Source: an uncultured Streptomyces sp.
Lineage (GTDB): Bacteria > Pseudomonadota > Gammaproteobacteria > Burkholderiales > SG8-41
Direction: 5' to 3'
Length of the DNA: 44,123 nucleotides
NCBI GenBank assembly: GCA_964625665.1
Contig: CAZVDN010000001.1
Span: 15,082-59,204 of the forward strand
In this document: piece after piece, positions 1-9,003 of the stretch
How positions within the stretch are numbered: position 1 is the stretch's first letter
Layout: the number at the start of each line of letters is the position of its first letter
The notes under the pieces: model-generated
Told to the model about the DNA's origin: nothing
Databases searched by the model: none
Seen by the model: only the letters and a program-made list of their open reading frames with translations
Translations under genes and position numbers: made by a program

Positions 1-961
1 CATCGAGTTCGCGGTTAAAGGCAATGATGCCGCCGAAGGCCGAAGTCGGGTCGGTGGCAAAGGCCAGTTTGTAGGCGGCCAGCGTATCGGCCGCAACCGC
101 CACACCGCAGGGATTGGCGTGTTTGATGATGACGCAGGCCGGTTGCGTGAAAGTCTTGACGCATTCCCACGCGGCATCGGCGTCCGCAATGTTGTTGTAG
201 GACAGTTCCTTGCCCTGCAACTGTTTGTAACATGCGAGGCTGCCCGGCGCCGGCTCGAGATCTCGGTAAAACGCCGCGTTCTGATGTGGGTTCTCGCCGT
301 AGCGCAGGGTCTGCGCGATTTCGAAATTCAGATTCAGGCGCTGCGGAAATGCCGCGCGCGTGCCGTCTGCCGCGAGGGCGGTCAGATAATTGCTGATCGC
401 GCCGTCATAGGCGGCCGTGTGCGAAAACGCCTTCTGCGCCAGCTTGAAGCGCATCGGCGCGCCGACCGCACCGTTGGCCGACTGCATTTCACGCAATATT
501 TCCGCATAGTCGGCCGGATCGGTCACCACCGCGACGTGCGCATGGTTCTTTGCTGCGCTGCGCACCATGGCGGGGCCGCCGATGTCGATGTTCTCAATCG
601 CCTCTTCAAGCGAACAGCCGTTGCGCGCGATTGTCTGCGTAAACGGATAGAGGTTGACGACAACCAGATCGATCGGCGCAATGCCGGCCTGCTTGATCGC
701 ATCAGCATGCGCCGGCAGATCGCGCCGCGCCAGAATGCCGCCGTGGATTTTCGGATGCAGCGTTTTCACGCGGCCGTCGAGCATCTCCGGAAAGCCGGTG
801 TGATCCGAGACCTCGGTGACATCAATGCCGCTGTCGCGAAGCAACTTTGCGGTGCCGCCGGTCGACAGCATTTTCACACCGTGACCGGCCAGACCGCGCG
901 CGAACTCGACAAGCCCGGTCTTGTCGGAAACACTGAGCAGTGCGGTTTTGATGACAGACAT
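1..961 (-). CDS. purH: Bifunctional AICAR transformylase / IMP cyclohydrolase PurH, N-terminal ~320 codons. The gene runs off the left edge of the window.
   Basis: Absent from the ORF track because the frame has no stop inside the window. My reverse-complement translation from the ATG at 961..959 reads [41 protein letters not shown]...[15 protein letters not shown]...VVNLYPF...[13 protein letters not shown], the canonical PurH N-terminal domain. The 401-aa plus-strand ORF 119..1324 is its antisense shadow. Confidence 0.9.
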   Translation of the reverse strand, partial: MSVIKTALLSVSDKTGLVEFARGLAGHGVKMLSTGGTAKLLRDSGIDVTEVSDHTGFPEMLDGRVKTLHPKIHGGILARRDLPAHADAIKQAGIAPIDLVVVNLYPFTQTIARNGCSLEEAIENIDIGGPAMVRSAAKNHAHVAVVTDPADYAEILREMQSANGAVGAPMRFKLAQKAFSHTAAYDGAISNYLTALAADGTRAAFPQRLNLNFEIAQTLRYGENPHQNAAFYRDLEPAPGSLACYKQLQGKELSYNNIADADAAWECVKTFTQPACVIIKHANPCGVAVAADTLAAYKLAFATDPTSAFGGIIAFNRELD

Positions 962-984
962 GTTCAGGATTGGCTGTTCAGGAT
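961..984 (-). repeat. Direct repeat TGTTCAGGAT (961-970 and 975-984; ATCCTGAACA on the coding strand) abutting the purH start codon.
   Basis: Read directly from the sequence: tgttcaggat tggc tgttcaggat, followed by the degenerate cagggatt. The first copy contains the A of the purH ATG. Confidence 0.9.
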
Positions 985-1060
985 CAGGGATTGTGCAAAC
1001 CGGGTTCGGCAGACAGACAACCCGGCATTGGGGTCGTGCTCAACGCCGAGGCCCCGATCC

Positions 1061-1303
1061 TCAGCCTTTGATTCCGTGCGCCTTCATTTTTTTGCGCAGC
1101 GTATTGCGATTGATGCCGAGAACCTGGGCGGCGTGCGACTGGTTGCCCTGCAGTTTGTGCAGGACCGATTCGAGCAGCGGCTTCTCGACGCTGTTTATTA
1201 CCATGTCATAGACGCCGCGCGCCTTCTCGCCGTCGAGGTCCTTGAAATAACCGTCGATGGCCTTGCGCACGAAGCGCGCCATTTCGTTCTCGTTCATCAT
1301 CAT
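1061..1303 (-). CDS. fis: Fis family nucleoid-associated DNA-binding protein.
   Basis: 80-aa ORF with the C-terminal helix-turn-helix NQSHAAQVLGINRNTLRKKMKAHGI typical of Fis. Its ATG overlaps the dusB stop (ATGA). The dusB-fis order is the conserved operon arrangement. Three consecutive ATGs make the exact start ambiguous by up to 6 nt. Confidence 0.92.
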   Translation of the reverse strand: MMMNENEMARFVRKAIDGYFKDLDGEKARGVYDMVINSVEKPLLESVLHKLQGNQSHAAQVLGINRNTLRKKMKAHGIKG

Positions 1304-2307
1304 GCTGCAAGTTCCTCAACATAGGTTAGCCGCTGGCCATGGCTGGCCAGCTCGCTGAAAAACGTATCGACCGCCACCATCTGTTCGGCGCAGGTCTGTA
1401 ACTGGTTCATGGCATGCCGGAACGACGCCGACCCGGCGAGCCCCTTGGTGTACCACGAGATGTGTTTGCGCGCGATGCGCACACCGGTGTGTTCGCCGTA
1501 GAAGGCATACAGATCGTGCAGGTGGGCGACGAGCACGCGATGGATCTCGCGCACCTCCGGCGACGGCAGATGCGTCCCGGTTTTCAGGAAATGCTCGATC
1601 TCGCGGAAGATCCACGGCCGACCCTGAGCCGCGCGGCCGATCATCACGGCATCGGCACCGGTGTAGGCCAGCACATGTTTCGCTTTTTCCGGCGTGGTGA
1701 TGTCGCCGTTGGCGATCACCGGAATTCGCACCGCGGCCTTGACCGCGGCAATCGTGTCGTACTCTGCGTCACCGGTGTAGCCGCAGGCGCGCGTGCGGCC
1801 ATGCACGGCCAGCGATTGAATGCCGGCGCTTTCCGCGATGCGCGCGACCGTCACGGCATTGCGGTTGCTGCGGTCCCAGCCGGTGCGGATTTTCAGCGTC
1901 ACCGGCACGTTGACCGATTTCACCACCGCCTCGACGATGCGCTGGACCAGCGGCTCGTTCTGCAGGAGTGCCGAGCCGGCCATCACATTGCAGACTTTTT
2001 TCGCCGGGCAGCCCATGTTGATGTCGATGATCTGCGCGCCCTGGTCGACGTTGTAGCGCGCGGCGTCCGCCATCATCTGCGGATCAGCGCCGGCGATCTG
2101 CACCGAGATCGGATCGACTTCGCCTTCGTGATTGGCGCGACGGCGTGTTTTTTCGGATCCCCACAGCAACGAGTTGCTCGCCACCATTTCAGACACCGCC
2201 ATGCCCGCGCCCATGCGCTTGCAGAGCTGCCTGAACGGCCGGTCGGTAACGCCGGCCATCGGCGCAACCACCAGATTGTTTTTTAATTGATACGGGCCGA
2301 TCTGCAT
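1300..2307 (-). CDS. dusB: tRNA-dihydrouridine synthase B.
   Basis: 335 aa with Dus-family TIM-barrel motifs (APMAGVTDRPFR, DINMGCPAKKV, AVHGRTR). It lies directly upstream of fis. Confidence 0.95.
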   Translation of the reverse strand: MQIGPYQLKNNLVVAPMAGVTDRPFRQLCKRMGAGMAVSEMVASNSLLWGSEKTRRRANHEGEVDPISVQIAGADPQMMADAARYNVDQGAQIIDINMGCPAKKVCNVMAGSALLQNEPLVQRIVEAVVKSVNVPVTLKIRTGWDRSNRNAVTVARIAESAGIQSLAVHGRTRACGYTGDAEYDTIAAVKAAVRIPVIANGDITTPEKAKHVLAYTGADAVMIGRAAQGRPWIFREIEHFLKTGTHLPSPEVREIHRVLVAHLHDLYAFYGEHTGVRIARKHISWYTKGLAGSASFRHAMNQLQTCAEQMVAVDTFFSELASHGQRLTYVEELAA

Positions 2308-2421
2308 TGCGTTCTTCTTTGGTTTAACGCGCTTGATGCGGTCTCGTTGTTTTCGGGGAAAGGGCGTAATTGTAATCGCCGCCCTGCGCCAAGAAAAGCA
2401 ACTTGATGAAAATTTTTGCAG

Positions 2422-3576
2422 TCAGCCGTGCGCGCCGAAAATCATGCGCCGCGCAACAAATTTTTTCGCGCCCGGAAGCAGCGATAACGCCGCCAAACCG
2501 AGGCCGCGCGCCGGCGCCAGAAGCGGGATGTCTTTGGAAAACAACCGGATCAGCGAATCAGTGAACAAAATGGTGGCAGTTCGATCGAAACGGCGTTGCG
2601 CGTAAAAAGCATTCAGCAGATTTTCTCCGCCCGGATCGGCGGCACCGTGCACCGCAAACAGGCGCGCGAATTCAAAAGCGTCCCGCAATCCAAGATTAAA
2701 GCCCTGCCCGGCGACCGGATGCAGGGTCTGCGCCGCATTGCCGATCAGCACACAACGCGGGACCGACGGACGCGCCGCGACTTTCAGGCGCAGCGGAAAG
2801 ACCTGGCGACGCCCGCGCAGCTGGAACGCGCCCAGCGAACCGCCGAATGCATCACCCAGCTGGGCGCAAAAGGATTTTTCGTCCAGCGCCGCCAGCGCGG
2901 CCGCGCGGTCCGGCCGCGCCGTCCATACCAGCGCCCAACCCTGCGCATTCGGCAACAGGGCCAGCGGCCCTTCTGCCGTGAAGCGCTCGAATGCGCGATT
3001 GCGGTGCGGTTGACCGGCGGCCACGTCGCAAACCAGTGCGCATTGTTCATAATCGTGCAGTTTCAGCGGGGACAATTTCAGACTGGCGCCGCCGTCGGCA
3101 ACTGCGGCCAGCCGCGCATGCAAGGGTCGCATCGTGCCGGCCTGGTCCACGCTGACGGTCACAGATTGCGCGTCGCTCTCGACAGCCAATGCCGTGCAGG
3201 CAGTCTCGATGCGCACGCCGCTGTGCGCCAGCGCCGCAGTGAGCGCACGCTGCAACGCGCCATATTCAACGACATAGCCGAGCGCCGGCACGCCGGATTC
3301 CGCTGCATTCAGTTCAACACGGCCGAAGCCGGCGCGCTGCGAAACATTGATTTCCAGAATGGGGGTCGGCGCAACCGGCAGCGGCCAGACGCCCAGCCGC
3401 TCGAGAATCAAACGGCTGCCGTGCGACAGCGCCAGCGTGCGCGCATCGTCTTCGGCGCCGCCGCCGGCGCGCGCTTCCAGCAGGGTAACCGCAGCGCCCG
3501 CTTTGTCGAGCCCCAACGCCAGCGCGGAGCCGACCGGTCCGCCGCCGACAACGATTATTTCGCCGGGCTCATTCAC
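2422..3576 (-). CDS. ubiH: FAD-dependent ubiquinone-biosynthesis hydroxylase (UbiH/UbiF/VisC/COQ6 family).
   Basis: 384 aa with an N-terminal GxGxxG Rossmann motif (IIVVGGGPVGSALALGL) and a C-terminal GNAAQTLHPVAGQGFNLGLRD motif typical of this family. It lies immediately downstream of pepP as in the pepP-ubiH arrangement. The start is GTG at 3576 and overlaps the pepP stop by 8 nt. The exact paralogue (UbiH versus UbiF/UbiI-type) is not resolvable by eye. Confidence 0.8.
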   Translation of the reverse strand: MNEPGEIIVVGGGPVGSALALGLDKAGAAVTLLEARAGGGAEDDARTLALSHGSRLILERLGVWPLPVAPTPILEINVSQRAGFGRVELNAAESGVPALGYVVEYGALQRALTAALAHSGVRIETACTALAVESDAQSVTVSVDQAGTMRPLHARLAAVADGGASLKLSPLKLHDYEQCALVCDVAAGQPHRNRAFERFTAEGPLALLPNAQGWALVWTARPDRAAALAALDEKSFCAQLGDAFGGSLGAFQLRGRRQVFPLRLKVAARPSVPRCVLIGNAAQTLHPVAGQGFNLGLRDAFEFARLFAVHGAADPGGENLLNAFYAQRRFDRTATILFTDSLIRLFSKDIPLLAPARGLGLAALSLLPGAKKFVARRMIFGAHG

Positions 3577-4891
3577 ACATCAACGATTCGATGGCCGCCA
3601 CCGATTTCGGCGCCGCCTCGGTCAGATTTTCGTAACCGCCGGCCGTGACCAGCAAATCGTCCTCGATCCGGATGCCGATATTTTCGAAATGCGCCGGCAC
3701 GCCGTCGCCGGGACGAATGTAACAACCGGGCTCAACCGTCAGCACCATGCCCGGTTCCAGCACGCGCCATTCACCGTCCTGTTTGTATTCGCCGGCATCA
3801 TGCACATCGAGCCCCAGCCAATGTCCGGTGCGATGCATGTAAAAGCGGCGGTAATCGCCGTTTTCGAGAACCTTGTCGAGGCTGCCTTGGCACAGGCCGA
3901 AATCGATCATGCCCTGCGCCAGCACGCGCACAGCGGCGTCATGCGGTTCGTTCCAGCGCACGCCGGCGCGCGTTGCCGCCATGGCTGCCGCCTGCGCCGC
4001 GAGCACCAGCTCATACACATCGCGCTGCGCTGCGGAATAACGGCCGTTGACCGGAAAAGTGCGCGTGATGTCCGAGGCATAACCGTTGAACTCGCAGCCG
4101 GCGTCGATCAACAGCAGGCTGCCCGGCTGCAATGGCGCGTCGTTGCTTACATAGTGCAATACGCAGGAGTTGGCGCCGCTCGCGACAATCGGCGTGTAGG
4201 CCGGGGCCTGCGCGCCGCCGCGGCGAAATTCGTGCAGCAGCTCCGCCTCGACTTCATATTCGTTGCGCGCGGTTTTCGCCGCGCGCATGGCGCGCGCATG
4301 CGCAACAGTCGAAATCGCCGCCGCGCGCCGCATCATCGCCATTTCATGCGCATCCTTGACCACACGCATGGCATCGAGCCTGCCGTGCAAATCATGAATG
4401 ACCGGCGGCGCGGCAATGCCGCTGCGCACCTGCGCGCGCACGGCATTGATCCAGCCGAGCACGCGCGCGTCCCAGGCCGGATCTGCACCGAGATGACAAT
4501 GCAGCGCCGGCTGGTCCGCCAGCAATTGCGGCATGCGCGTGTCGATTTCGCCAATGCTGTAGCACTCGTCAAAACCGAAGACTTCGCGCGCTGCCTCGGG
4601 GCCGAAACGGAAACCGTCCCAGATCTCGCGCTCGAGATCCTTGTCGCGACAGAACAGGATGCTGCGCGGTTCCGCACCGCCCAGCAGAACCAGCACCGAT
4701 TCAGGTTCCGGAAAACCGCTCAGATAATAGAAATAGCTGTCGTAGCGGTACGGGTAATGGGCGTCACGGTTGCGCAGCCGTTCGGGCGAAGTCGGCACGA
4801 TGGCGGCGCCGGCGCCCATGCCGGCAATCAGCCGCGCGCGACGCGGCGCAAAGACCGCGCGAAAATCGATCGGGTTCGTGGGAGCGTTCAT
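3569..4891 (-). CDS. pepP: Xaa-Pro aminopeptidase (M24B).
   Basis: M24B metal-ligand regions are present (IDAGCEFNGYASDITRTFPVNG, HRTGHWLGLDVHD, VLTVEPGCY, IRIEDD). The track start at 4897 is a TTG. I prefer the in-frame ATG at 4891 (MNAPTNPIDF...); either is possible. Confidence 0.9.
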   Translation of the reverse strand: MNAPTNPIDFRAVFAPRRARLIAGMGAGAAIVPTSPERLRNRDAHYPYRYDSYFYYLSGFPEPESVLVLLGGAEPRSILFCRDKDLEREIWDGFRFGPEAAREVFGFDECYSIGEIDTRMPQLLADQPALHCHLGADPAWDARVLGWINAVRAQVRSGIAAPPVIHDLHGRLDAMRVVKDAHEMAMMRRAAAISTVAHARAMRAAKTARNEYEVEAELLHEFRRGGAQAPAYTPIVASGANSCVLHYVSNDAPLQPGSLLLIDAGCEFNGYASDITRTFPVNGRYSAAQRDVYELVLAAQAAAMAATRAGVRWNEPHDAAVRVLAQGMIDFGLCQGSLDKVLENGDYRRFYMHRTGHWLGLDVHDAGEYKQDGEWRVLEPGMVLTVEPGCYIRPGDGVPAHFENIGIRIEDDLLVTAGGYENLTEAAPKSVAAIESLMCE

Positions 4892-4898
4892 GCACAAA

Positions 4899-5579
4899 TT
4901 ATACGCGCCCGACGCGCAGATCCCGGTTAAGCCGGGTCAGGCGCTCAGGGGTGCCGACGTCGCACCAGCGTCCGCGAAAATGTTCGCCCGACACATGACC
5001 CGCCGCAATTTGCTCGCGCAGCAGCGGCGCCAGTGCCATGCGCGTTCCGGGCGTGATCGCTGCAAATATGGCAGGCCGATACACGGCAAGGCCGCTGAAG
5101 GTCAGCAAGGCGCCTTCAAGCCCGATTTTGCCGCTGCGCACGGCGAAATCACCCGCAGGGTGGTGCTCCGGATTGTCCACCAGCACGAGGTGCGCGTTTG
5201 CATCGCCCAGGCGGTCCGCGGCAATCCGCAACTGCGCATAGTCGAATTCGCTGTAGACATCGGCATTCACCGCGATAAACGGCGCCGTGCCGAGCATCGT
5301 CAGGGCGTTGGCGATACCGCCAGCCGTTTCAAGCGCCTCGCCTTCACGCGAATAATCGATGGTCACGCCGTAACGCGCGCCGTCGCCGAGGGCGGCTTCG
5401 ATCATTTCGCCGAGATGAGCGTGGTTGATGACCACGCGTTCGCAGCCCAACGCGGCGAGTTTTTCGATGTGATGCACGATCAGCGGCTTGCCGCCGACTT
5501 CGATCAGCGGTTTGGGCACGCGGTCGGTCAGAGGGCGCATGCGTTCGCCGCGCCCCGCAGCCAGGATGATGGCCTTCAA
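4899..5579 (-). CDS. murU: N-acetylmuramate alpha-1-phosphate uridylyltransferase-like nucleotidyltransferase (MurU family).
   Basis: Sugar-nucleotidyltransferase N-terminus LKAIILAAGRGERMRPLTDRVPKPLIEVGGKPLI. The track ORF (295 aa) carries a 69-aa Arg/Ala-rich extension that overlaps the end of amgK. I place the start at TTG 5579, which overlaps the amgK stop (TTGA) and gives the usual ~226-aa size. It is paired with an AmgK-like kinase next to lptD, as in Pseudomonas. Confidence 0.8.
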   Translation of the reverse strand: MKAIILAAGRGERMRPLTDRVPKPLIEVGGKPLIVHHIEKLAALGCERVVINHAHLGEMIEAALGDGARYGVTIDYSREGEALETAGGIANALTMLGTAPFIAVNADVYSEFDYAQLRIAADRLGDANAHLVLVDNPEHHPAGDFAVRSGKIGLEGALLTFSGLAVYRPAIFAAITPGTRMALAPLLREQIAAGHVSGEHFRGRWCDVGTPERLTRLNRDLRVGRV

Positions 5580-6592
5580 AACGTATAACCGACGCTGGCG
5601 CCGGCCTTGCCTTCGACCTCGTCGAGCAGCGCCAGCAGAGGCCCCAGCGCCGAGTAACGCGAGGCCACGGCGCGAACGTAGGCAATGAAGCGCGGCGTAT
5701 CTTCGAGGTAAGCGCCCTTGCCGTCGCGGTAATTCAGGCGCGCAAAAATGCCCAGCACCTTCAGGTGGCGCTGCAATCCCATCCACTCGAAATCGCGATA
5801 AAACGCACCGAAATCGGTATCGACCGGCAGGCCGGCGCGTTTGGCCTTTTCCCAGTAGCGCACCGTCCAGTCGAGCACCTGCTCCTCATCCCAGCTGATG
5901 AACGCGTCCTTGAACAGGGAAACGACGTCATAAGTGATCGGACCGAATACGGCGTCCTGAAAATCCAGCACCCCGGGGTTGGGCGTGCAGACCATCAGAT
6001 TGCGCGGCATGTAGTCACGATGCACATAAACCCGCGGCTGGGCGAGATTGCTTTGGATTACCGTATTGAACACCTCGTCCAGCATGCGGCGCTGCACGGT
6101 GCCGAGGGTTACGCCGCGATGGCGCTGCAAATACCACTCGGGAAACAATTCGAGCTCGCGCCGCAGCAGCGCTTCATCATAGGGCGGCAGGACATCGGGC
6201 CGGCTCGCCAGTTGCCAGCGGATCAATGCGTCGGTTGCATCGGCAAACAGTCGTGGTGCGCTCTCCGCATCCAACGCCTGCAAATAACCGCTGCTGCCGA
6301 GGTCGCTCAGCAAAAGAAAGCCGTTCTCGAAATCTTCGGCGATGACCTGCGGCACGTTAAGTCCCGCGTCGGCCATCAACCGCGCGACCTTGACGAACGG
6401 CCGGCAGTCTTCGTGCGCCGGGGGCGCATCCATGGCGATCAGCGTTCGATCACCGCAATCGACGCGAAAATAGCGGCGAAAACTCGCATCGGCGGACGCC
6501 GCCTTCACCGTCAGCGGGGGGCGCTTTAACCAGGCTTCGATCCAGCGCTGCAATTGCTCTTTTCGATCTACGCTGTTATCCACGTAATCCAT
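5576..6592 (-). CDS. amgK: Anomeric MurNAc/GlcNAc kinase-like phosphotransferase (AmgK family, APH fold).
   Basis: 338 aa with aminoglycoside-phosphotransferase-fold motifs (YVHRDYMPRNLMV catalytic loop, LDFQDA). It is divergent from lptD and followed by murU, the known conserved context. Confidence 0.8.
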   Translation of the reverse strand: MDYVDNSVDRKEQLQRWIEAWLKRPPLTVKAASADASFRRYFRVDCGDRTLIAMDAPPAHEDCRPFVKVARLMADAGLNVPQVIAEDFENGFLLLSDLGSSGYLQALDAESAPRLFADATDALIRWQLASRPDVLPPYDEALLRRELELFPEWYLQRHRGVTLGTVQRRMLDEVFNTVIQSNLAQPRVYVHRDYMPRNLMVCTPNPGVLDFQDAVFGPITYDVVSLFKDAFISWDEEQVLDWTVRYWEKAKRAGLPVDTDFGAFYRDFEWMGLQRHLKVLGIFARLNYRDGKGAYLEDTPRFIAYVRAVASRYSALGPLLALLDEVEGKAGASVGYTF

Positions 6593-6643
6593 TGCCTAAA
6601 TTGGAAATTTGTGCGATTTTATCATTCCCTTGCGCCCGGACCG

Positions 6644-8983
6644 ATGATGCTTGCTTTACGCCCACGATTGATTGCGGTAACGCTGCTATGCTGCAGCACC
6701 GCCGTCACCGCCGCCGATGGTCCTGCACTGGGTCTGAAACCGGTCGAAGCGGGCGTCAATCTCAAGCTGCAGCCCTCGCTTTTGCGCCTGCCCGCCGAAA
6801 ACACCGGGCCGCTGCCGCTGTTCGTCGATGCCGACAATCTGCAGGGCCATCAGGACCGCGAACTGGAGGCCGAGGGCACGGTGCGCCTGCGCCGTCGCGG
6901 CCAGGCCATTTATGCCGACTGGCTGCGTTATGACAAACCGGCGGACGAAGTCCGGGCCCGCGGCCATGTGCGGCTCGAGCAGCGCGGCGACGTGCTCGAA
7001 GGCACGGAAATGCGCATGCAGCTCGACAGCGGCAAAGGCAGCGTCGAAAAGCCCGCCTACGAAGTCCGTGTCAACGCCACGCGCGGCCACGGCAATGCCG
7101 AGCGCATCGAGATGGAAGGCAACAATAAATACCGCGTGCTCGGCGGCAATTACACCTCCTGCGATGTCGGCGAAACCGACTGGTTCGTGCGCGCCAAAGA
7201 ATTTGAAATCGACAAGGACCGCCAGATCGGCACCGCGCGCGGCGCGCATGTCGATTTCTTCGGCGTGCCGATCCTCTATTCGCCCTATCTGAGTTTTTCG
7301 CTCGACCGTCAGCGCAAGTCCGGCCTGCTTTCGCCGACCTTCGGCAACACCGGCAATTCCGGTACCGAATTTTCGATCCCCTACTACTGGAACATTGCGC
7401 CGAACTACGATGCGACCATCACGCCGCGCGTGATGTCCAAGCGCGGTGAAATGCTGAGCACCGAGTTCCGCAATCTGGGTGAGCGCTCGCGCGGCGAGCT
7501 GCGCTACGAAATTATTCCCCGCGACCGCGTCAAGAGCGACAGCAATCGATTCGCGATCAATCTCCAGCAAACCAAGGGCTGGGAAAACGGCTGGAACGCC
7601 AGCGTCAACATCCAGAAGGTTTCGGACGACACCTATTTCACCGACCTGACGACGCAGATCGCATCGACATCGCAATCCATTCTGCCGCGCAGCGGTTCGA
7701 TCGGCAAAAGCGGCAATTGGTTAAATGACGGCACCTGGAGCACATCGGCGTCGGTGCAACGCTGGCAGACCCTGCAGACCAATGCCGCCACGCCGCTGAC
7801 GCCGCCCTACAATCGCTCACAGCTGACGTTTGCCGCAGCCAAGCAAAACGTCGGTTATACGGACTTTGATTTGTATTCGAGCGCCGTGGAATTCACCCAC
7901 CCTTCGCTGCCCAACGGGCGCCGTTACCTTGCCTATCCGAGCGCTTCATTGCCGCTGCAGAATTCATTTGCATATATCACGCCGAAAGTCGGCATGCATC
8001 TGACCCATTACGATCTGGATCGTGCAACGACCACGGTGCCCGACCAGAACCGCTCGCTGCCGATTTTTTCAACCGAGGGCGGCGTCGTTTTCGAACGCAA
8101 CACGGCAATGTTCGGCCAGGGACTGCTGCAGACCTTCGAGCCGAAGTTTTATTACGTTTACATCCCGACCCGCGCCCAGAACCAGATCCCGAATTTCGAC
8201 AGCGCCTTTCAGGACATCAGCTTCGCCACGTTGTTCACCGAAAACCAGTTCAGCGGTTACGACCGGATCAACGATGCGAACCAGATGACCACCGGCGTCA
8301 CCACCCGCCTGCTGCAACAGGACAGCGGCGGCGAACGGATCCGCATGGGTGTTGCGCAGCGTTATTATTTCAAGACGCAGGACGTCACGCTGCCCAACGT
8401 TTCCGCACGCGGCAGCAACAGCTCCGATCTGCTCGCCGCGGTGAGCGGAACCGTGGCGCCCAATTGGACGGTGGACGCCGGCTGGCAATACACGACCGAC
8501 CTCTCGCAGACCCAGCGCTTCAACAGCAGCGTGCGCTACCAGCCGGAACCGGGACAGGTGGTCAACGTCGCCTACCGCTACACCAACGGCGCGCTGGCAA
8601 CAACCAGCCAGCCGCTCGGCGCACTGGCAACCGCAATCCCGTCACTGAACACATTGCGACAGGTCGACCTGTCGACGCAATGGCCGCTGACATCGCATCT
8701 CAGCGCCGTCGCGCGCTACAATTACTCGATTCAGGACAGCAAGGCGCTGGAAACCCTGATGGGCATGGAATATAACGCCGGTTGCTGGGCCTTCCGCATC
8801 GTCGCGCACAAATTCACCACTGCGGCGGCGACCCAGGTCACCTCCGTGTTCATGCAACTCGAATTGAACGGTTTGTCGAAAATCGGCTCCAATCCGCTGG
8901 ATATCCTGCGCCGGAACATCGGCGGCTATGCGCGGCCCGATTCGCCGTTCGTGGCGCCTGAGCCGTATTATCCGACCCGCTAA
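6644..8983 (+). CDS. lptD: LPS-assembly outer-membrane protein LptD.
   Basis: About 780 aa. The signal peptide MMLALRPRLIAVTLLCCSTAVTAADG begins at ATG 6644; the track start at 6554 overlaps amgK and is rejected. It has an OstA-like N-terminal domain, a large C-terminal beta-barrel rich in aromatic-ended strands, and is followed by surA-pdxA-rsmA. Confidence 0.93.
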   Translation: MMLALRPRLIAVTLLCCSTAVTAADGPALGLKPVEAGVNLKLQPSLLRLPAENTGPLPLFVDADNLQGHQDRELEAEGTVRLRRRGQAIYADWLRYDKPADEVRARGHVRLEQRGDVLEGTEMRMQLDSGKGSVEKPAYEVRVNATRGHGNAERIEMEGNNKYRVLGGNYTSCDVGETDWFVRAKEFEIDKDRQIGTARGAHVDFFGVPILYSPYLSFSLDRQRKSGLLSPTFGNTGNSGTEFSIPYYWNIAPNYDATITPRVMSKRGEMLSTEFRNLGERSRGELRYEIIPRDRVKSDSNRFAINLQQTKGWENGWNASVNIQKVSDDTYFTDLTTQIASTSQSILPRSGSIGKSGNWLNDGTWSTSASVQRWQTLQTNAATPLTPPYNRSQLTFAAAKQNVGYTDFDLYSSAVEFTHPSLPNGRRYLAYPSASLPLQNSFAYITPKVGMHLTHYDLDRATTTVPDQNRSLPIFSTEGGVVFERNTAMFGQGLLQTFEPKFYYVYIPTRAQNQIPNFDSAFQDISFATLFTENQFSGYDRINDANQMTTGVTTRLLQQDSGGERIRMGVAQRYYFKTQDVTLPNVSARGSNSSDLLAAVSGTVAPNWTVDAGWQYTTDLSQTQRFNSSVRYQPEPGQVVNVAYRYTNGALATTSQPLGALATAIPSLNTLRQVDLSTQWPLTSHLSAVARYNYSIQDSKALETLMGMEYNAGCWAFRIVAHKFTTAAATQVTSVFMQLELNGLSKIGSNPLDILRRNIGGYARPDSPFVAPEPYYPTR

Positions 8984-9003
8984 TTCGCGATCTTTATAGG
9001 TCT

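Noticed and set aside
119-1324. 401-aa plus-strand ORF covering the left end of the window.
   Set aside because: It is the antisense shadow of purH and fis. It is extremely Arg/Ala/Gly-rich, has no recognisable motifs, and the opposite strand encodes textbook PurH and Fis sequences.
5580-5786. 69-aa N-terminal extension of the murU ORF in the track.
   Set aside because: It overlaps the last 70 codons of amgK and is Arg/Gly/Ala-rich. The conserved nucleotidyltransferase N-terminus (KAIILAAGRGERM) begins right at the TTG that overlaps the amgK stop.
6576-6584. DnaA-box-like TTATCCACG near the amgK/lptD divergent region, and TTATAGACA in the mrcA-pilM spacer.
   Set aside because: Each has a mismatch at a conserved position. 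The first lies inside the amgK coding sequence (codons for VDN). Isolated single near-matches are expected by chance.
6554-6643. Upstream extension of the lptD ORF, and similar track extensions: pilQ 24235..24318, pilN 22295..22324, hemE 35734..35772, cytochrome c4 16156..16206, rubredoxin 12658..12840 and gloA 12473..12511.
   Set aside because: In each case an internal start gives a proper signal peptide or the canonical family N-terminus, often with a better SD or a 4-nt coupling overlap. The extensions either overlap neighbouring genes or have non-coding-like composition.
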